The position numbers and the translations under genes are program-made. A model generated the notes under the pieces. That model was not told the origin of the DNA and did not search any database. It was given only the letters and a program-made list of their open reading frames with translations. Shown piece after piece: positions 34,292 to 43,637 of a DNA stretch of 64,000 nt; the first letter of the stretch is position 1, and each line of letters starts with the position of its first letter. Source of the stretch: an uncultured bacterium (lineage in GTDB: Bacteria > Verrucomicrobiota > Lentisphaeria > Victivallales > UBA1829); the NCBI GenBank assembly GCA_902762495.1, contig CACWOL010000009.1, forward strand, positions 879-64,878. Direction: 5' to 3'.

Positions 34292-35752
34292 TCACTCGTG
34301 GAAGACGATCGCCTCGAACACGGTGAACGATGCGCCCTCGCGCCAGGCGTCCGGCGGAAGCCCGGCCTTCATCGCGAGGTTGGTCAGCGTCTCCTCGATG
34401 TCCCAGCCCTGTTCGGGCGCGACCTGCGGCAGGAAGACCGCGGACCGTCCGTTTTTGGTCAGGGTCATGCCGTGCCGCCCGATCACGATATCGTGCCAGG
34501 AGCCGACCGGGACGGCGGGCGTGAGGGCGGAGATTTCGATCTCGACGTCGGCGAATTCCTGCGCTGTGAGCGGGAGGAACCTCGGATCGCGGAACGCGGC
34601 GTCGACGGCGCGCCCGAGGACGGCCTTCCAGAGCGGACGGTACGGCTGGATCTCGCCGATGCAGCCGCGCAGACGATGGTTCTGTTTCATGGTGAGCGTC
34701 ACGAATGCGCCCATGTTTTTGCGGAGCGCGGGGGACAGCGCGGCCTGGTTCACGCCGAGCGCGTCCGCCGTGGGGACCATGCGCGTGTTCAGGGCGTACT
34801 GGATGGCGCGGCGGGCGAGGTCAAGCAGGAAGGACTTGTCAACGGCGGAGAGCGAGCCGGAATCAACCTCAGTACCAGCCTCCGTTCGTTCCGGCGCGGG
34901 CGGGAATTCCGCCTGGAATCCGATGGAGCAGTAGCAGACGAACCGTGAGAAGTCGCGGGATTCGTCCGAGCTGGTTGCGTAATGGAGCACGGAGCCGGTG
35001 CAGCCGTCCGGGAGCATCCTGAGGGCAGCGCGGATCGGCTCGCGTCCGCAGATGGTCGCGCCGGATTCGTCCACGATGCGCTCGAATCGGGCAACATCGC
35101 GTTTGCAGATCGCGTCCGCGGCGTCGAGGTTGAGCTTGCACGTCTTCGCCTCGGTGTCCTGCGGGAAGGGTTCGTAGTCGAAATCGCTGCCGTAGTGGAT
35201 GAAATCCGAGCTGATGACGAGGAGCACGTCGTCCACGAGGAACGGCTTCAGCGCGGCGGCGAGGGTGTCGGCGGCGCGTGAGCTCAGATTGCCGACGATG
35301 ACCGGAAGAAGTTTGAAGTCGCCGAGGCAGTGCTGAAGGAACGGATACTGGATCTGCGTGCTGTGTTCGAGCCTGTGTACGCCGTCGTCCGCGCGGAACA
35401 TCGCTTTGCCGAGCATGGCGTTGCGCATGTCCGTGTCCAGCGGGATCGTCCCGAGCGGCGTGGAGACGGCGTCGGCCATCGGCAGGACGGCGAGGTCGCG
35501 GATGCCGTAGCGGTGGCTCGGGGCGAGCAGGATCACGCGCCGGATCTTTTTGCTGTCGACTGCGGCGTAGGCGTAACCCGCGGTCGGCCCGGAGTACGGA
35601 TAACCTGCGTGGGGCACGACGATCACGTTGCACGGCTTGTCCGGAACGGGGCAGGAAGCCAGGAACGAGTCGATCGTGGCTTTGAGGCGGGCGGGGTTGC
35701 CGGGATACCAGGAACCGGCGATGGTCGATGCGAGAATCTGCGATGCGGACAT
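34292..35752 (-). CDS. fusion of Memo-like (AmmeMemoRadiSam system protein B) and AMMECR1 (protein A) domains
   Basis: N-terminal GSWYPGN...VVPHAGYPYSG Memo signature. C-terminal GAFVTLTMKQNHRLRGCIGEI AMMECR1 signature. Confidence 0.85.
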   Translation of the reverse strand: MSASQILASTIAGSWYPGNPARLKATIDSFLASCPVPDKPCNVIVVPHAGYPYSGPTAGYAYAAVDSKKIRRVILLAPSHRYGIRDLAVLPMADAVSTPLGTIPLDTDMRNAMLGKAMFRADDGVHRLEHSTQIQYPFLQHCLGDFKLLPVIVGNLSSRAADTLAAALKPFLVDDVLLVISSDFIHYGSDFDYEPFPQDTEAKTCKLNLDAADAICKRDVARFERIVDESGATICGREPIRAALRMLPDGCTGSVLHYATSSDESRDFSRFVCYCSIGFQAEFPPAPERTEAGTEVDSGSLSAVDKSFLLDLARRAIQYALNTRMVPTADALGVNQAALSPALRKNMGAFVTLTMKQNHRLRGCIGEIQPYRPLWKAVLGRAVDAAFRDPRFLPLTAQEFADVEIEISALTPAVPVGSWHDIVIGRHGMTLTKNGRSAVFLPQVAPEQGWDIEETLTNLAMKAGLPPDAWREGASFTVFEAIVFHE

Positions 35753-35948
35753 GATGTGTGCTCCTTCCGTGAAAACGTTTGAAATATGCTCACGGAAAAC
35801 ATATCATAGGTTTCGGAAAATGCAAGCCGGAAACCGCGGAAGACGCCCCGATGGCAGGAGACCCGGACACGGCTGCGTCTGAACAGAAAGTCCTCGCCGA
35901 CGTCCGCCCCGGTATCAAGTTTTTTCCGCAAAAAAAACGGTTCCGCGC

Positions 35949-35976
35949 TTGATTTTTCCGGATTACGGGGTATAGT
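35949..35976 (+). promoter_or_regulatory. sigma70-type promoter (TTGATT-N16-TATAGT) for tRNA-Cys
   Basis: Reads TTGATT tttccggattacgggg TATAGT, with the -10 box about 20 nt upstream of the tRNA 5' end. Confidence 0.55.
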
Positions 35977-35995
35977 AAAATGGTTGCTTTGCAAT

Positions 35996-36071
35996 GGCGT
36001 GATGGTCGAGCGGCTAAGGCAACGGTTTGCAAAACCGGTTCTGGTGGGTTCAACTCCCACTCACGCCTCCA
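35996..36071 (+). tRNA. tRNA-Cys (GCA), CCA encoded
   Basis: Acceptor stem GGCGTGA/TCACGCC, anticodon stem CGGT/ACCG with loop TTGCAAA, T-arm GTGGG TTCAACT CCCAC, 3' T-CCA. Confidence 0.9.
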
Positions 36072-36086
36072 ATTCGCCCCCTCCTT

Positions 36087-36133
36087 GAGGCGGCAGGGTT
36101 CCCCTCATTGTCCCTGCCGCCTCTTTTTCTTCT
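36087..36133 (+). terminator. rho-independent terminator after tRNA-Cys
   Basis: Perfect 12-bp stem GAGGCGGCAGGG ... CCCTGCCGCCTC followed by TTTTTCTTCTT. Confidence 0.85.
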
Positions 36134-36261
36134 TCGGATCGCAGAAGAAACTTTTTCGTTCAAAAAAACGCTGATTCCTCTTGTTTTTTTCGTTCTTTGG
36201 TGTTACATTAAGAAGAATTAGGAAACCTAATCACACAGCATTCGGAGTATTCAGTCTTACC

Positions 36262-37497
36262 ATGAGGACGGCACAAATCATCCGCCGCTTTGCTTTCTCG
36301 GAATGGGGCGGTACGGAAAGCGTTGTCTGGAATACTGCCCGCGCGTTGCAGGCAAAGGGCAATCCGTCCGAGATTTTTGCGACCCGTGCGCTTTCGCCGG
36401 TTCAGGACGAGGTGAAAAACGCGATTCAGATCCATCGGTTCAATTACCGATATCCGCGGTTCCCTCTGTCAAAGGATAAAATTCGTGCCCTCGACAAAAA
36501 AGGCGGAGACCCCGTCGTGCCCGGTCTTAAAAAGGCGCTGAGGAAAGGCGAATTCGATATCCTGCACTGCCATACCATGGGGCGCATGGCCGCCACGGTC
36601 CGCGCCGCGGCGAAACAACTGCATGTCCCGTACATCATGACGCTCCACGGCGGATATTTCGACGTGCCGCCTGCGGAACTCCAGCAGATGATGAAGCCGA
36701 TGAAGGGGACGATCCCATACGGCAATATCATAGACCGTATTCTCGGACGCCGCGTTGATGCGCTAAAGCTCGCCAACGGCATCGTGTGCGTCGGTGAAAA
36801 CGAACTTCAGCCTGCGAAGGAGCATTTCCCGGACAAGCCCGTCATCCATCTGCCGAACGGTGTGAACTACAACTATTTCCATGACTACGACGGCAGCGAT
36901 TTCCGGAAACAGACCGGTATTCCCCAGGACCGCAAGATTCTGCTTTGCGTTTCCCGCCTCGACTACCAGAAAAACCAGCTCATGCTTCCCGAAGTCCTGG
37001 CGCTTCTCGGTGAACCGTGGCATCTCGTGTTCATCGGCGCGCCCACAGCAGAATGGTACGTGGACAAACTCCGTGAGAAGATCCGCCTCATGAACCTCAC
37101 GGACCGTGTCACCATACTTAACGGCGTGCCGCCGGATTCCCCAATGTTGCCTGCAGCTTATCACACAGCATCGGTGTTCCTGCTGCCCTCTCTGCACGAA
37201 CCGTTCGGTATCGTGGTGCTGGAGGCCTGGAGTGCCGGGGCGCCTGTCATCGTGTCGCCGGTCGGCGGTCTGAAGACGCTTATCCGAGACGGGGAAACCG
37301 GTTTCTTCGCCCCTGCGGAGGGCGCGCCCGATGAATGGGCCGACCTGATCCGCAAACTGGACGAGGACGCCGAACTCCGCGGCAGGATCACGGAAGCCGC
37401 CGATGCCGAGGTCCGCGAGCATTATTCCTGGGACATCATCACGGACAAGCTGCTGGATTTCTATCAGGAGGTCCAGCGCATCTATCGCCGCCGCTGA
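36262..37497 (+). CDS. GT4-family glycosyltransferase
   Basis: The N-terminal MRTAQIIRRFAFSEWGGTESVVWNTARAL and C-terminal LPSLHEPFGIVVLEAWSAGAPVI (EX7E-type) blocks are typical of GT4. The ATG at 36262 is preferred over the TTG at 36181. Confidence 0.88.
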   Translation: MRTAQIIRRFAFSEWGGTESVVWNTARALQAKGNPSEIFATRALSPVQDEVKNAIQIHRFNYRYPRFPLSKDKIRALDKKGGDPVVPGLKKALRKGEFDILHCHTMGRMAATVRAAAKQLHVPYIMTLHGGYFDVPPAELQQMMKPMKGTIPYGNIIDRILGRRVDALKLANGIVCVGENELQPAKEHFPDKPVIHLPNGVNYNYFHDYDGSDFRKQTGIPQDRKILLCVSRLDYQKNQLMLPEVLALLGEPWHLVFIGAPTAEWYVDKLREKIRLMNLTDRVTILNGVPPDSPMLPAAYHTASVFLLPSLHEPFGIVVLEAWSAGAPVIVSPVGGLKTLIRDGETGFFAPAEGAPDEWADLIRKLDEDAELRGRITEAADAEVREHYSWDIITDKLLDFYQEVQRIYRRR

Positions 37498-37536
37498 CTT
37501 TTTTCCCCAAGGTTTTTAAGGGGTCGTCTGTCCCGC

Positions 37537-38316
37537 TTACATGTTGGTCGGGATGTCGATGAACGCAGTCTCGATTCCGAATTTCGATTTCACGAGGTCC
37601 ATGACGGCGAACACGCCGGGCGTTTCGGAACGGTAGTGTCCGAGCGTGAGGATGACTGTCCCGCTTTCCTTCGCGGGATGGAAGACCTCGTGTGTGGCTT
37701 CGCCCGTGATCAGGCAGTCCAGATGGTCGTCCGCGAACTCGTCGAAGAGGTCAGGCCAGGCACCGCCGCCGGAAATGATGCCGACTGATTTCACTTCCTG
37801 CGAAGGATCGCCGACGAACCCGAAGTCGCCGCTCGATGGCAGCGCCCTGTCGAGAATCTGTGCGAGCTCGGATATTGTTTTGGATTCGGGCAGGACGCCA
37901 CGGAATCCGGTCTGTTTGCCGTGGTACGTGCCGAACGTGCGGCGTTCGGTGAGCCCGATCATGTCGGCAAGGCGCGCGTTATGTCCGAACCGCGGATTTG
38001 CGTCGAGCGGCAGGTGTGCGGCGTAGAGGGAGATGCCGTTTGCGGCCAGCAGCTTGATGCGTTCCGCCAGAATGCCGTCGATGCGGCGGATCCCGGATCC
38101 CCAGGAGATGCCGTGGTGCACGAAGATGAACGAGGCATCGAGGTCGGCAGCCTTGCAGAAGAGTTCGGCGGATGCGTCGACCGCAAAGACGGCTTTCGCG
38201 ACCTCGGCGTCCCCTGCGAATTGGAGTCCGTTGTTGGACGGGTCGTCGGACCACTGGTCGAGTTCGAGGATATGGTCGAGGAAGCGGACGATGTCATTCC
38301 GGGATGCTGTTTTCAT
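37537..38316 (-). CDS. Nif3-like dinuclear metal centre protein (GTP cyclohydrolase 1 type 2 homolog)
   Basis: Family-typical DPSNNGLQF, FVHHGISWG and GHYRSE blocks. Confidence 0.88.
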   Translation of the reverse strand: MKTASRNDIVRFLDHILELDQWSDDPSNNGLQFAGDAEVAKAVFAVDASAELFCKAADLDASFIFVHHGISWGSGIRRIDGILAERIKLLAANGISLYAAHLPLDANPRFGHNARLADMIGLTERRTFGTYHGKQTGFRGVLPESKTISELAQILDRALPSSGDFGFVGDPSQEVKSVGIISGGGAWPDLFDEFADDHLDCLITGEATHEVFHPAKESGTVILTLGHYRSETPGVFAVMDLVKSKFGIETAFIDIPTNM

Positions 38317-39253
38317 GCGGAGTCTCCGTTTGCGGGTGTTGGAATCGGTGGATCAGGATCTGCCAGCGAAGTTCGGCGGCGGATTTGTTTTCGAGGTAGG
38401 TTTCGAGTTGGTCGTCCGGGGTTCGGGCGAGCGTGCGGATCTCGTCCGCGGTCATGCGGAAAAGCGCGGCGTCCGGGTTCGAGAAAACGGCCTTTTCGAG
38501 CTTCGACCGCGCGGCGAAAAACGTACGGCGTTCCGGGATGTTCCGTGCGATCAGAAATGCCGGGAACGCGAACGCGATGATCCAGAACGGCCAGATCGGG
38601 AGGTTCAGGAGGCCGGTGTATACGACGATTTGAGCAAGGAGCAGCAGGACGACCGGGATCAGGAAGATGATCGCGTCCCATTCGCGTCGGAAACAGTTCC
38701 CCGACCAGCGGCGGAACGTGCTGTCCGAGGTCATGTAGGCGAAATGCTCTTCGTACGGTTCATCCTCCAGACATCCGCGCACGGCATGGCACAGTTCGTG
38801 CGAGAGCAGTTCATCCCGGCGGTAGATGAACCATTTGGGGTTGGAGCGGAATCCACGGCGCAGGAAAAAGACGGGAAAACCGGAATCGGTGATGACGGTG
38901 CATCCGCCCCATAACAGACCGAGTCCGCGCGTCGGGAAGAACGCCGGAACCCAGTCGGCCCGGAAACCGAAGAGTTTTTCCGTTTTTTCCGCGGCTTCCG
39001 CGATGATTTCAGCCCCGATCGGCTCGATGGCCCCGACCTTGAACCCGATTTCATCTTCCAGTGATTCCGTCCCCGCCTGATCGCCCGTACAAAGATCGAA
39101 CCGTGCCCGCGTGCGAAGCAGTTCGTCGATGCGGGCGGCGAACGTTTCCAGCGTTTCTCCGGGCGCGGCGATCAGCCCGTGCGAATCCAGTTCGTACGGA
39201 GTGTCAGGATTGTCCCAGTCGACGGACCAGTTTTCTGTACCGTTGAATAACAC
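38294..39253 (-). CDS. hypothetical membrane protein with HExxH motif
   Basis: 319-aa ORF with a GTG start. It has LLSHELCHAVRG (HExxH) followed by two predicted TM helices (IIFLIPVVLLLLAQIVVYTGLL, IWPFWIIAFAFPAFLIA). It overlaps the NIF3 start by 23 nt. Confidence 0.55.
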   Translation of the reverse strand: MLFNGTENWSVDWDNPDTPYELDSHGLIAAPGETLETFAARIDELLRTRARFDLCTGDQAGTESLEDEIGFKVGAIEPIGAEIIAEAAEKTEKLFGFRADWVPAFFPTRGLGLLWGGCTVITDSGFPVFFLRRGFRSNPKWFIYRRDELLSHELCHAVRGCLEDEPYEEHFAYMTSDSTFRRWSGNCFRREWDAIIFLIPVVLLLLAQIVVYTGLLNLPIWPFWIIAFAFPAFLIARNIPERRTFFAARSKLEKAVFSNPDAALFRMTADEIRTLARTPDDQLETYLENKSAAELRWQILIHRFQHPQTETPHENSIPE

Positions 39254-39520
39254 AAAAAAACCTTTCGAGTTATGTTTTTTTCTAAAAAACGGTTGTATTC
39301 ATATCAAGCTCTGTACAGGCTATGCAAAGTGCAACCTTAATAATGTTGTACAGGAAAACCGTTTTTTCAAGCGGCGATCCTATAAAAAAGCGAAAAAAGA
39401 ATCTGGCCTGATCCGATATGGGGTTGCGATGACCTTGGAATCGACATGTTCGCCAGTCATTTTTGCCGGTATTCTATCGGCATGATATCCACTGTTTTTT
39501 TACAAAGAGGTAAGAAAAAG

Positions 39521-39549
39521 TTGACATTAACCAAAATAGAGGATATATT
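39521..39549 (+). promoter_or_regulatory. consensus sigma70 promoter (TTGACA-N17-TATATTAT) for the flippase gene
   Basis: Reads TTGACA ttaaccaaaatagagga TATATT AT, giving a ~60-nt 5' UTR. Confidence 0.65.
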
Positions 39550-39615
39550 ATATCGCCAAAACATTAACTGTTTTTTTATACATACATTCAATCGTTTTTT
39601 ACTGTTTTTTCACCC

Positions 39616-41151
39616 ATGCAGGTATCCGTCGCAAAAAATACTGCCACAAACTATCTTGTGATGCTGATCCGCTTTTTTCAAGGACTTCTGGTCACCCGGT
39701 GGCTGATCGGTTATCTCGGAGACAGCGGCTACGGATTGTGGATGCTTCTCTGGACGTTCTTCGGCTATGCGCTACTGATGGATTTCGGCGTTGGCATAGC
39801 CGGACAGAAATTCACCTCGCAGGAACTTTTTAAGCGGGATATCCGGCATTACAATGCCATCATTTCCATGATATTCACATTTCACGCGCTTATGGCGCTT
39901 CTTATTGTTGCCGGAGCGTTTGTTGCATCGTTCTTCATGGAAGATATATTCAGTGTTCATGATCCGGTGCAATTGGTCTATTGCAGAAAGTGTTTTTTAG
40001 TTTTTTCACTCGGCGCTGCGGCGTTGTTTCCTCTCGGCGTACTGAATGAAGTCCTGGTCGGTTTGCATAAGATTTACATCAATAACTATATTCTTGCCGC
40101 AGGACGTCTCTTCGAAATGTTTGGATTCCTGGTCATTCTGAAATGCAAAGGCGGGTTGTTCGGGATTGTCTGTTACGCGGTCTGTGTGATGGCTGCCGAA
40201 CGAATCGCGGCATGGATTTGCGCCGCACGTCTGATCCCCGGATTTCGGATGAGGCTTCATTTGTTCGATCGCAAAGTGTTCCATGAAGTGTTCGGTTTTT
40301 CGAGCGGTTCTTATTTTATGTCGCTGGCGAAGTTTTTGCGAGTTCAGACGCGAAACCCGATCATAAGCAAATTCCGGGGGCTGGATTCTGTCGGTATTTT
40401 CAACCTTTCCGGGCGGTTGTCCGATCTGTGCAACCAGGCGATCGGGCAGTATAACAGCAATGTCCGGCCTGTAGCGGCGCAGCTTTTTCATCGCGGACGC
40501 TTCCGGATGTTACGGGATTTTATCGTGAAATCCATGCAGTGGAACATGTTCATGTGCTGCCTGATTATCATTCCAGCTATTTTCCTCCGGGACGAGGCGA
40601 TTGTCGCTTTGTTCAAAAAGGAAGTCACGCCGCTGATTCATACGCTGAGTCTGCTTTCCCTGATTGGTTCATGCAGCTGGCTTGTCGTTACGCAAATCCC
40701 GTCGTCCGTATTGCTGATGTGTGAAAAGCATCATCTGCTTGCATGGACTTCGATGGTTGAGGCAGTCGTCGTGATTTTTCTGAACATCCTGTTTCTTCGG
40801 AGCGGAGCCAGTATCATTTGCATTGAAATCATTTCACTGGGAATGAGTACTGTTCTCTTTGCGACCGTTCGGTTCCCTGTCATGCTGAAGCTTATTCACG
40901 GCAAGGCGGTCCCGATTCTGTTTAATATTTACGTTCCCTCCCTGCTGGCATCCCTGCCGGCGGTCGCGGTCCTGCTGCTCTGCAAGAAACTACTGCTCGG
41001 ACACGTTCACAATTTCCTGCTCTGCGCGGTCTGCGGGACCGCTTATGCGGTCGTCTATGTGGTGATCGCCTGGCAGTTCCTGATCGGACGGACCAAAAAG
41101 GAACTGTGGAAACGCCGCGTGATGATCCGCGTGCGAAAATACCTGAGATAA
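39616..41151 (+). CDS. polysaccharide/oligosaccharide flippase, MOP superfamily (Wzx/PST-like)
   Basis: 511 aa, ~12-14 predicted TM helices. The N-terminal AKNTATNYLVMLIRFFQGLLVTRWLIGYLGDSGYGLW is typical of Wzx-type proteins. The gene is markedly AT-richer than the window. Confidence 0.75.
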   Translation: MQVSVAKNTATNYLVMLIRFFQGLLVTRWLIGYLGDSGYGLWMLLWTFFGYALLMDFGVGIAGQKFTSQELFKRDIRHYNAIISMIFTFHALMALLIVAGAFVASFFMEDIFSVHDPVQLVYCRKCFLVFSLGAAALFPLGVLNEVLVGLHKIYINNYILAAGRLFEMFGFLVILKCKGGLFGIVCYAVCVMAAERIAAWICAARLIPGFRMRLHLFDRKVFHEVFGFSSGSYFMSLAKFLRVQTRNPIISKFRGLDSVGIFNLSGRLSDLCNQAIGQYNSNVRPVAAQLFHRGRFRMLRDFIVKSMQWNMFMCCLIIIPAIFLRDEAIVALFKKEVTPLIHTLSLLSLIGSCSWLVVTQIPSSVLLMCEKHHLLAWTSMVEAVVVIFLNILFLRSGASIICIEIISLGMSTVLFATVRFPVMLKLIHGKAVPILFNIYVPSLLASLPAVAVLLLCKKLLLGHVHNFLLCAVCGTAYAVVYVVIAWQFLIGRTKKELWKRRVMIRVRKYLR

Positions 41152-41171
41152 GCTGAAGGGCGAAAAAGCTG

Positions 41172-41214
41172 AAAAAAACTCCGGGGAACACAAGAGGTTC
41201 ACCGGAGTTTTTTG
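41172..41214. terminator. bidirectional rho-independent terminator between convergent genes
   Basis: Reads AAAAAAA CTCCGGGGAAC acaagag GTTCACCGGAG TTTTTT (11-bp stem, one mismatch), with an A-run 5' and a T-run 3'. Confidence 0.7.
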
Positions 41215-41234
41215 ATGTTGGCGTGTTGCCGTTT

Positions 41235-41849
41235 TTAAGTGCTGTGAAGCAAATCCAGAAATTCGTTCTGGGCGTCGTGCATGGTGCGCACGAATTCGCC
41301 GATCGTGGCGTCCTCTTCGGGCGTGAGGTGCTGCTCCACGATGCCGCTGAAGAACGTCTGTTCCGCCATGTCGGCGAACCGGTCGAAGTCGTTGCGGATG
41401 CGGTCGAGCTCGTCCGGCGGGATCTCATGGATGTTTTCCCGCATCATCTCAATGCCGTTCTGCACGAACAGCGTCGTCTGGTGCATCTGGTCGTTCAGGC
41501 GGTAGCGCTCCTCCGGCGACAATGCGCGGTATTCCTCCAGACCCCGGACGAGTTCCTCCTCGAATTCTTCCGGTGTCGGCATGTGCTCGAAATTGTCATC
41601 GCGCGGCAGCAGGCGCGTCACGTCGCCGCGTCTGCCGTCGCGGAAACCACCGCCTCCGCCGCGTCTCGGACGACGGCGCTGCCGGTCCTCTTTCGGCTGT
41701 TCTTCTTCCTGTGGCTCCTCGACCGCGGTCATTTCGGCCTGCGGTTTCTGGTTGCGCGCGTTGATCGTGAGGATGACGGCGCTGGCGGCGGATATGACAC
41801 AGGCGCAAATGGCCAGGGAATACAAAGCTGTTCTGGTTTTCTGATTCAT
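41235..41849 (-). CDS. hypothetical N-anchored protein with Arg/Gly-rich linker and acidic helical C-domain
   Basis: TM helix ALYSLAICACVISAASAVILTI, then RRRPRRGGGGGFRDGRRGD. The ATG at 41849 has a GGAAGGGG RBS. I recognise no family. Confidence 0.55.
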   Translation of the reverse strand: MNQKTRTALYSLAICACVISAASAVILTINARNQKPQAEMTAVEEPQEEEQPKEDRQRRRPRRGGGGGFRDGRRGDVTRLLPRDDNFEHMPTPEEFEEELVRGLEEYRALSPEERYRLNDQMHQTTLFVQNGIEMMRENIHEIPPDELDRIRNDFDRFADMAEQTFFSGIVEQHLTPEEDATIGEFVRTMHDAQNEFLDLLHST

Positions 41850-41879
41850 TTTGACCCCTTCCAATAGACAAGCAGCTTA

Positions 41880-42686
41880 TTATTTCGGTAATCCAGTAAA
41901 TATAGCATTCTCCGCATAGATTTCAAGCGGCGATTCGCTGTTTTTGATTGTTTTTGCAGAAACATCCACACCCGGAAGCTCGTCGGCTCGGCCCTCGGAA
42001 GAGCCCGGAGAAGCCTCCTGTTCCCGGCGGTTACTGCGCTCGGCGCTGAGCAGATCAGGCGCGAAAAACATCACTTCTCTTGAGAGCGCGAAAATGTCAT
42101 CGGCGAGGAAAAACAACAGGAAGATCAGGAAGATCGTGACACCCTTGGCGAATTCGGAGTGGACGTTTCTCAGGCGCGGCACGTATTCCGTCAGGGCGTT
42201 CCAGCCGTCAAGCCCGGGAATCGGGAGCAGATTGAAGATGCACAGAAAAAGGTTATAGACGCCAAGCAGGAGGAAAAGCTCCAGAATCGTCATCCCCGCG
42301 GCTTCGTTTTCGACTAGGTTCCAGATGCGCGTCGAGAGAAATCCGAAGAAGAAAAAGCCGATCAGGAACAGTCCGAAGTTCGTCGCTGGACCCGCCAGCG
42401 CGACGATCGCCGGTGCATGCCGGCTTCTCACCCGCAGAACAGCCGGATTGACCGGCACTGCGCCCCACGCGAATCCGAGCAGCAGGAACATGATGATGGA
42501 CATCGGCCCCATCTGCCTCAGCGGATTCAGCGTCAGGTGTCCGCGGTCCGCGGCGGTCGTGTCGCCGAACTTCAGCGCGGTCCAGGCGTGGAAGAATTCG
42601 TGCAGACAGATGGAGAAGACCACGACGAGCGTGATCATGAAGAACATTTTGGTATCTTTGTATATGAAAAAAAGAAAGATGTCCAT
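41880..42686 (-). CDS. site-2 protease family (M50-like) membrane metalloprotease
   Basis: HEFFH motif in the first TM helix, LNPLRQ, and the NLLPIPGLDG second zinc-ligand region. Confidence 0.85.
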   Translation of the reverse strand: MDIFLFFIYKDTKMFFMITLVVVFSICLHEFFHAWTALKFGDTTAADRGHLTLNPLRQMGPMSIIMFLLLGFAWGAVPVNPAVLRVRSRHAPAIVALAGPATNFGLFLIGFFFFGFLSTRIWNLVENEAAGMTILELFLLLGVYNLFLCIFNLLPIPGLDGWNALTEYVPRLRNVHSEFAKGVTIFLIFLLFFLADDIFALSREVMFFAPDLLSAERSNRREQEASPGSSEGRADELPGVDVSAKTIKNSESPLEIYAENAIFTGLPK

Positions 42687-42692
42687 GGATCG

Positions 42693-43598
42693 TTACGCCT
42701 TTTTTTCCCTTACGGGGATGATCTCGATCGGTTCGCCGAGCCGGTACGAGCATTTCGGGTGTTCGTGCCCGAAGGCCAGCCCCTGAAACACCGGTTTTCC
42801 GGTCTGTGTGGCGAAATCCCGCAGCAGACGCCGGATCTGCGGCTTCGGTCCGCACTTGGTGAAATACCCGAAAACGACAGCACGCATCTGCTCAATAATC
42901 CCCGCCTGGATCAGATGCGTCAGGTGGCGGTCCAGCACGCGCGCCTCCTCGTGGACGTCCTCCAGCGCGAGGATGCAGCCGTTCAGGTCCGGCATCCACG
43001 GTGTGCCGCAGAGCGTGGTCATGACCGTGAGGTTGGAGAGTACGAGCGGACCGGCTATTCCAGTATTGGCGATGCTTCCCTCGACCGAGACGAGCCGGAG
43101 CTTGCGCGGAGAGGTGCGCTTCCGCAGGACGGTCCGGAACGTTTCTTTCGCCTCGAGGCGCTTCATCGCGTCGGGGAGGCCGTCGGCCATCGGTGCGCAG
43201 ACGGGGATCCCGGCATGTTTCGCGAGCATGGCGAGGTGCAGGGCGGAGATGTCGCTGTACCCGTAGACCGGCAGGTCGCGTTCGCGGAGCAGATCGAAGT
43301 CGAGCTTCGGCAGGATGTGCGCGCTGCCGAATCCGCCGCGCGTGCAGAGGATGAGGTCGATGCGCGGATTGTTCAGCAGGGCGTGGAAATCCGCCAGACG
43401 CGATTCCGGCGTGCCGCAGCAGTATTTCATCGGACCGCGTTTGAGCGCGCCCGGCGCGAGCACGGTCTTCACGCCGCAGACATCCTCCAGATAACGCCGC
43501 GCCTCGGCGATCCGGGCGGCGTCGGGCAGGCTCGCAGGCGAGGTCAGGCCGACGGTTCGGACGGAGGCAGGGAAGAGGCGTTCCGGTTTTGCTGGCAT
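42693..43598 (-). CDS. ldcA: LD-carboxypeptidase (S66, LdcA-like)
   Basis: Family-typical SPASLP, RLADFHALLNNPRIDLILCTRGGFGS and FGHEHP blocks. Confidence 0.85.
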   Translation of the reverse strand: MPAKPERLFPASVRTVGLTSPASLPDAARIAEARRYLEDVCGVKTVLAPGALKRGPMKYCCGTPESRLADFHALLNNPRIDLILCTRGGFGSAHILPKLDFDLLRERDLPVYGYSDISALHLAMLAKHAGIPVCAPMADGLPDAMKRLEAKETFRTVLRKRTSPRKLRLVSVEGSIANTGIAGPLVLSNLTVMTTLCGTPWMPDLNGCILALEDVHEEARVLDRHLTHLIQAGIIEQMRAVVFGYFTKCGPKPQIRRLLRDFATQTGKPVFQGLAFGHEHPKCSYRLGEPIEIIPVREKKA

Positions 43599-43637
43599 GA
43601 GGAGGTTCCTTCATTCGGGGATAAAATACATTAAAAT

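Noticed and set aside
34104-34295. 63-aa ORF with a GTGA overlap to the Memo-AMMECR1 gene stop
   Set aside because: It lies wholly in the AT-rich promoter/UP-element region of the downstream cargo gene (phased T-tracts). It has a Lys/Phe/Leu-rich translation, a GTG start and no RBS, so it is most likely non-coding.
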